A program made the position numbers and the translations under genes. Under the pieces are notes generated by a model. The model was not told the origin of the DNA and ran no database searches. It saw nothing but the letters and a program-made list of their open reading frames with translations. This document shows positions 59,533-64,000 of a DNA stretch of 64,000 bases, in pieces (positions within the stretch are counted from its first letter, which is position 1; each line of letters opens with the position of its first letter). The stretch comes from Candidatus Bathyarchaeota archaeon (lineage in GTDB: Archaea > Thermoproteota > Bathyarchaeia > Bathyarchaeales > Bathycorpusculaceae), in assembly GCA_963775685.1 (NCBI GenBank), contig CAVZJV010000014.1, forward strand, positions 2,080,001-2,144,000, written 5' to 3'.

Positions 59533-59967
59533 ATGAACACATACCTAAGAAAAATAAAGAAAAACTCGAAAGCACTAAGCCCCGTAATCGCATCCATCAT
59601 CCTAATCGCCGTCACAGTCGCCGTCAGCGTCGTTGTTGCAGCCTGGATGGGGGGTATCTCTCTCGGATTCATGAACAACGCAGAACAAGTAACTTTATCA
59701 AACCCAGTGTTTACTGGCACTACTGTTACAGTAACAGCTAGAAATAGCGGAGCAGGGTCAGTTACCATACAATCAGGAACCGTAGATGGAGCCAACGCAG
59801 TACTATCAGTTCCAGTTACAGAACCCGTAGGAAGTTTAACCGTTGCTAAAGGCGCGACCCAAGACATCATTCTCACGGCTGGCACCTTTACATCAGGTGC
59901 ACAATACCAAATTCAACTGATCACTTCAAAGGGAACAACTATAGTCTTCACTGCAACTATGCCATAA
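59533..59967 (+). CDS. archaeal type IV pilin / archaellin-like protein with class III signal peptide
   Basis: KIKKNSKA|LSPVIASIILIAVTVAVSVVVAAWM; T/G/V-rich beta-sandwich C-domain ending YQIQLITSKG. Confidence 0.9.
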   Translation: MNTYLRKIKKNSKALSPVIASIILIAVTVAVSVVVAAWMGGISLGFMNNAEQVTLSNPVFTGTTVTVTARNSGAGSVTIQSGTVDGANAVLSVPVTEPVGSLTVAKGATQDIILTAGTFTSGAQYQIQLITSKGTTIVFTATMP

Positions 59968-59997
59968 ACTTTCCAATCTTTAAAAATTTCGGGTTAA

Positions 59998-60016
59998 GGT
60001 GAAGAAAGCCTTCACC
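59998..60016 (+). terminator. stem-loop GGTGAAG-AAAGC-CTTCACC followed by a pyrimidine tract
   Basis: 7-bp inverted repeat between the pilin stop and the next ORF. Confidence 0.5.
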
Positions 60017-60060
60017 CAACTTTCCTCTTTCTCTTTAGAAAAAATCAGGAGTCAAAAATC

Positions 60061-60486
60061 ATGGTTACACAAATCCGAGAATACACGTCCGCCCAAGCCA
60101 TAGCTGAAACAATGGATAAACAGCTGTCTGAAACCAAAAGCGTGTTGGGCGAGTATCTGCGCAAGCTCGATGAAATCCGCACATTAGCGGAGAAATCAAA
60201 GAAAGTTCGTGAAGTAGTCTTAAAGTTAGCAGGCAAAAAAGCCTCAACTGAGAACACCAGCGAAATCACCGTGGGAACCTTAAATATTGTTCTGGATGCC
60301 AGCCCCTTCCATGAGCTTGGCGCCATAGAATCCGTGGTGCGCAGCCATCAAGAGCGATTGTTGGTTTTACAGAAGGTACGTGAGGCGCTGAAATGGCTTG
60401 ACCAACTCGGCGATACAGACGGTCTCAAGTACCTTGTGGTGGAAGACGAAGGCATCCCAGAACGCATACTATTCAAAATATCTTAA
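60061..60486 (+). CDS. conserved hypothetical coiled-coil protein
   Basis: Two long amphipathic helices separated by a short beta region; C-terminal LVV..EGIP.RIL; GGAG SD. Confidence 0.75.
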   Translation: MVTQIREYTSAQAIAETMDKQLSETKSVLGEYLRKLDEIRTLAEKSKKVREVVLKLAGKKASTENTSEITVGTLNIVLDASPFHELGAIESVVRSHQERLLVLQKVREALKWLDQLGDTDGLKYLVVEDEGIPERILFKIS

Positions 60487-60506
60487 CACAACGGGGAGAA
60501 CAAACG

Positions 60507-61310
60507 GTGACGGTGACTGAGGCGCAAACTAACCCGATCCAAACGATAATAGACGAATTCAAAACCTTAAGCCCAGAAACCACTATGGTCCTGATTTTTA
60601 AAAACAATGGTCAAACTATAGCCAACACCCAGGCAACAACCGAAGACCAAACAAAGAATTTTATTCTCAGCTTCTGCAGCATCGCTCATCAGGCCCAAAC
60701 CATCGGCGGCATAGAAAGCCTAACTATCCAAGCAGCCAACAGTCAACTATGCATCACCAACATCGATAGCCTCTTTCTGGCGACGGTTTCTTCGCATGCA
60801 GTAAACCAAAAAATCCTAAAGTCCTTAACTCAGGTTGTGGTTCCAACAGTTGTTAAGCTTATTGACCAAACTGCTTCTCTTCCTCCAGAAAACCCGTTTC
60901 CCCAACCAGTTCAACTCGAAAAACCTCAGCTCGAAGAAACAAGCTTCCATCTTGAAGATGAACCAACCGTAGAACCTATCGCTGAACCTCAGCTACTCTG
61001 TGAACCGGTTCTTCCAACAACGCCCGTTAGCCAGTTCATGGTAGAAAAAATCGGAGGTATACTTAATCCATCTGACCTTGTGAGAATCGATCGAGAAATT
61101 ATAACGAAATGGATTGAACTCTATAACGGGGAACTAATCCAAATGGTAAACATTGAAACTTTAGATGGTAAAAAGACCACCTGCGAATTCAGAGCGATAA
61201 GAGACCCAAAATCCAACGCTAAAGGTATAATCCAAATTCCAGAAAAAATCCTCAGAACAATGCAAGCAGAAAATGGTCAGCTGGTTTTGGTTAAGCCAGT
61301 AATCGCATAA
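60507..61310 (+). CDS. roadblock-like domain + Pro/Glu linker + Cdc48-N-like double-psi beta-barrel
   Basis: N-domain helix-VLIFKNNGQTIA-helix-IESLTIQ-LCIT-FLATV; C-domain LVRID.....V.IE..GKKT.......KGIIQI....R......G..V.VKP. Confidence 0.6.
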   Translation: MTVTEAQTNPIQTIIDEFKTLSPETTMVLIFKNNGQTIANTQATTEDQTKNFILSFCSIAHQAQTIGGIESLTIQAANSQLCITNIDSLFLATVSSHAVNQKILKSLTQVVVPTVVKLIDQTASLPPENPFPQPVQLEKPQLEETSFHLEDEPTVEPIAEPQLLCEPVLPTTPVSQFMVEKIGGILNPSDLVRIDREIITKWIELYNGELIQMVNIETLDGKKTTCEFRAIRDPKSNAKGIIQIPEKILRTMQAENGQLVLVKPVIA

Positions 61311-61326
61311 AGTGAGGTTATGATCT

Positions 61327-61728
61327 TTGAAGCAAAAAATAACCATCGAACCCTCAACTGAACTAAATGATGGCGCCGCTGTTATTTCTGTTGGAGACAA
61401 CGACTCTGTTTTTGCAAAATTAGCTACCAGTTTAGCTGAAATACGCAAACTCAAAGGCATCAATGGCTATATTCTAAGAAGTAGCACCTCCGCCATAATA
61501 GACCTAAATGATCAAGACAAAATAATCGAGTATGCACTTTTATCGTCTCAAATCTCTGAGTCAAGCTGCGAAATAGCAAAACAATTCAGCTTGGCAAATA
61601 TTGAGAGCGTGATAGTTGAGGGCAAAAACGTAAAAGCGCTTTGCATGAGCATCGGCGAAAACAAAATCGACGTTTTTATGGAGAAAACCGTCACCCATGT
61701 ATTGATAATAAAAAGAATCCTGCTATAG
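61327..61728 (+). CDS. roadblock/LC7 (MglB/LAMTOR-like) domain protein
   Basis: LAEIRKLKGINGYIL, helix A.LSS.I.E....I...F.L, IESVIVEG....LC..IG...I.VF. Confidence 0.7.
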   Translation: MKQKITIEPSTELNDGAAVISVGDNDSVFAKLATSLAEIRKLKGINGYILRSSTSAIIDLNDQDKIIEYALLSSQISESSCEIAKQFSLANIESVIVEGKNVKALCMSIGENKIDVFMEKTVTHVLIIKRILL

Positions 61729-62264
61729 AACTTTTCAGATATTTTGGGTCTATTCTTTATTTGCCGATAGCCGTAACATATTGTAACCTTTATTCGCTCA
61801 AACTGTCTTCAACTAATATGTGGCAGCATTGACCGTTTTGTCTGTTTTCCTGCATCCATGAAGTCGGTTAAAGTAAGGTTTTCGAATGGAAGTTCAGCAG
61901 TCAGTGCCAAAACAAAAGACGGATGTTTCTCTAAAGACACCTGTAACACGTACTTTGTTTTAACAAAGGATAAGGCTGTGGTTGCTCTTTCAGGCGTCAT
62001 TTCTTGGAGCGTTGCGAAATAATCGATGGTGCGCCATGGAGGCGAGCTAGTCGCCTGCGGCGAATCCTGGAAAAAACTCATCTGCCTGGAATGTTCAGGG
62101 CAAACATTAGGCTGAGCCATTTGTAGGTTTAGTTATTAATTTCTGAGGCATCTTGTTGTTCCCCTTGTATGGAAGCCAGTTACGTTATTCCCTTCCTTTT
62201 TAAGATGTTAACAAAACAACATAACGGGGCAGGGGAGGGTCAAATGATAGTGAAAAATATGCAT

Positions 62265-62489
62265 TTAGGCTTGATCTCGCCGAAGTTCTCTTTGTTGCCG
62301 CAAAAGTCCAGCCGCCAAAGTTGCTAAGAACATGATAGTGAAAACAATCACTGCAATACCTATCTTGTACATGAAATCCAGGTCAACGTAGAAGAGCACA
62401 AGAAAGAAAACAAGCATCAACGCTAAAACAAGCGCTTCCTGAACCCCACTAAAAACCTTCAGGTTCCCAAAACTCAATTTTACCCTCAC
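62265..62489 (-). CDS. small 2-TM membrane protein
   Basis: Two hydrophobic helices and a basic tail; GTG start. Confidence 0.6.
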   Translation of the reverse strand: MRVKLSFGNLKVFSGVQEALVLALMLVFFLVLFYVDLDFMYKIGIAVIVFTIMFLATLAAGLLRQQRELRRDQA

Positions 62490-62631
62490 TATTTTCCATT
62501 CTCATGCACAGGCGTGCCATATTAATTTTCTGCTTCAAAATTGGAAATTGAAAATTGAGCAATAGACTATGAAAATTTAAGGAATTGATGAAAAATGGAA
62601 TAAAATAGAGGAAAATTTGGGTGATGATTGC

Positions 62632-63084
62632 TCAAACCTGGTCAATTGACAGTTCTTTAACTCGGCTTTCTATGAATTCTGCGACTTTCTGCTCGCTAAA
62701 GTTTCGTTCGGTCTCTTGTGCTTTAAGTTGTTCCTTCACGGTGTTTAGCAATTTTTCAATGTCCACGGGCTTTAGCAAGTATGCATCAGCGTCTTTGTTT
62801 AGTGCACTTATAGCGTTTTGCATTGAAGGGTAACCTGTTACCATTATTTTGCGTGTCTTTGGAACGCTGTCCTTCATTAGTTTTAAGAGTTCTATGCCTT
62901 CCATGTCTGGCAATCGAATGTCAAGCAATGCAACGTTGTAGTTTGTATTCTGTGTTTTCTGGATAGCTTCTTTTCCGGTGCCCGCTAAATCAACTATGTA
63001 TCCTTCGTCTTCAAGTATAGCTTTCATTGTTGTTCTGATGGTTTCATCATCGTCAACTACAAGAATTCGGGTATGTTTATCCAT
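62632..63084 (-). CDS. response regulator (receiver domain with short helical tail)
   Basis: ILVVDDD, LLDIRLPDMEG (phospho-Asp), MVTG, YL.KP. Confidence 0.95.
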   Translation of the reverse strand: MDKHTRILVVDDDETIRTTMKAILEDEGYIVDLAGTGKEAIQKTQNTNYNVALLDIRLPDMEGIELLKLMKDSVPKTRKIMVTGYPSMQNAISALNKDADAYLLKPVDIEKLLNTVKEQLKAQETERNFSEQKVAEFIESRVKELSIDQV

Positions 63085-64000
63085 TTGTTTTCACCTCCAA
63101 CATCCATTTTCGTTTCAATAGGTAGGGTTATCGTAAAAGAGGTTCCTTTACCCCTAATAGTTTTAACCGCTATCGCTCCTCCATGCGCCTCTACAATGCG
63201 TCTGCAAATTGCTAAGCCAAAACCCATGCCTTGCGCTTTAGTTGTAAACAGGGGCGTAAAAAGCTTGGGCAAAACATCATCCGCTATGCCTGCACCAGTA
63301 TCTGAAAAAGAAATATCCAATCTTCCCTCGAATAGATTGCTATTGACAACTATTTTGCCTCCATTGGGCATAGCGTCGACTGCATTTTTAATCAAGTTTA
63401 TGAAGACTCTTTTTATTTTGTCTGCATCAACCTTTAAGGTTGGTTCATCATTAAGTTGATTTTGCACTTCGATTTTTTTAGAGATATCTAAAAGGCTTAG
63501 CGATTCTGCGATTAGTTTTTTAGGGGATTCCTCGTGAAGTTCTAGTTGAACTTCTTTTGAGTAGTCTAAGAGATCGTTAACGATTTTATTTGAGTAATCT
63601 ACACATTTATTTATGTTCTCCAGCATTTCCTGCGCTTGACTTGGCGAGATTTCGCTGCCCTTCTTCTTTATGAAGTAGGCTGAGTTTTTGATTCCCGTCA
63701 AGGGGTTGCGTAGATCGTGTCCAACCATTCCTGCTAATTCGCCGATAGCCGCAAGTCTCTCTGATTTTACAAGCTCCGTTTGAGTTTTCTTAAGTTGCTC
63801 AGTTCTCTGTTGCACTAATTCCTCAAGTTTTTGAGAATATTCTCCAAGTTTGGTCTGTAATTTTTTTCTTTCGGTAATATTCACGGCTAGTTCCAAGGCA
63901 GCGATGACTTTGCCGTCTTTGTTTTTGATGGGAGTTACAATGAGTTCAACCCAATCGTCTCGACCATTTATGTTGAAGTGATAATCGTGTCTGTCAACTA
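63057..64000 (-). CDS. PAS-domain sensor histidine kinase (C-terminal part; 5' end outside window)
   Basis: PAC motif WVELIVTPIKNKDGKV...ITERK, H-box GHDLRNPL, N box NL..NA.DA, G1 DTGAG, F box FTP.FTTK, G2 GMGFGL. Confidence 0.95.
   Translation of the reverse strand, partial: VDRHDYHFNINGRDDWVELIVTPIKNKDGKVIAALELAVNITERKKLQTKLGEYSQKLEELVQQRTEQLKKTQTELVKSERLAAIGELAGMVGHDLRNPLTGIKNSAYFIKKKGSEISPSQAQEMLENINKCVDYSNKIVNDLLDYSKEVQLELHEESPKKLIAESLSLLDISKKIEVQNQLNDEPTLKVDADKIKRVFINLIKNAVDAMPNGGKIVVNSNLFEGRLDISFSDTGAGIADDVLPKLFTPLFTTKAQGMGFGLAICRRIVEAHGGAIAVKTIRGKGTSFTITLPIETKMDVGGENKWINIPEFL

Noticed and set aside
59364-59885. 173-aa minus-strand ORF with poly-Lys tail
   Set aside because: Antisense to the pilin and the oligo-T terminator
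61809-62120. 103-aa minus-strand ORF
   Set aside because: No motif and atypical composition; possibly an eroded gene but unsupported

Overview
Archaeal chromosomal window, most consistent with Bathyarchaeia (TACK). Markers are crenarchaeal-type PolB1, two thermosome subunits, Fe-S RpoD and a tRNA-Glu with a D-loop intron. Most of it is housekeeping: proteasome/exosome superoperon, rps13-rps4-rps11-rpoD-rpl18e-rpl13-rps9-rpoN operon, N-glycosylation genes (aglH, aglB), topA, radB, XPD, t6A/KEOPS genes, two moeA copies and a split archaeal glutamate synthase cluster. No CRISPR array, rRNA or intact mobile element was seen. Most notable: (1) a wHTH / type IV pilin / coiled-coil / roadblock-DPBB fusion / roadblock gene cluster beside a two-component pair; (2) an AT-rich Acinetobacter-type bifunctional mannitol-1-P dehydrogenase/phosphatase (mtlD); (3) eukaryote-like OSTC/DC2 and PAC4 homologues; (4) an apparent ~37 kb inversion that split pcc1 from pfdB; (5) a probable CTG start for rps11; (6) a 10-bp x ~16 tandem repeat; (7) several eroded pseudogenes, plus single-base frameshifts in aglB and topA that are probably sequence errors. 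All family calls come from motif recognition by eye, not from database searches.
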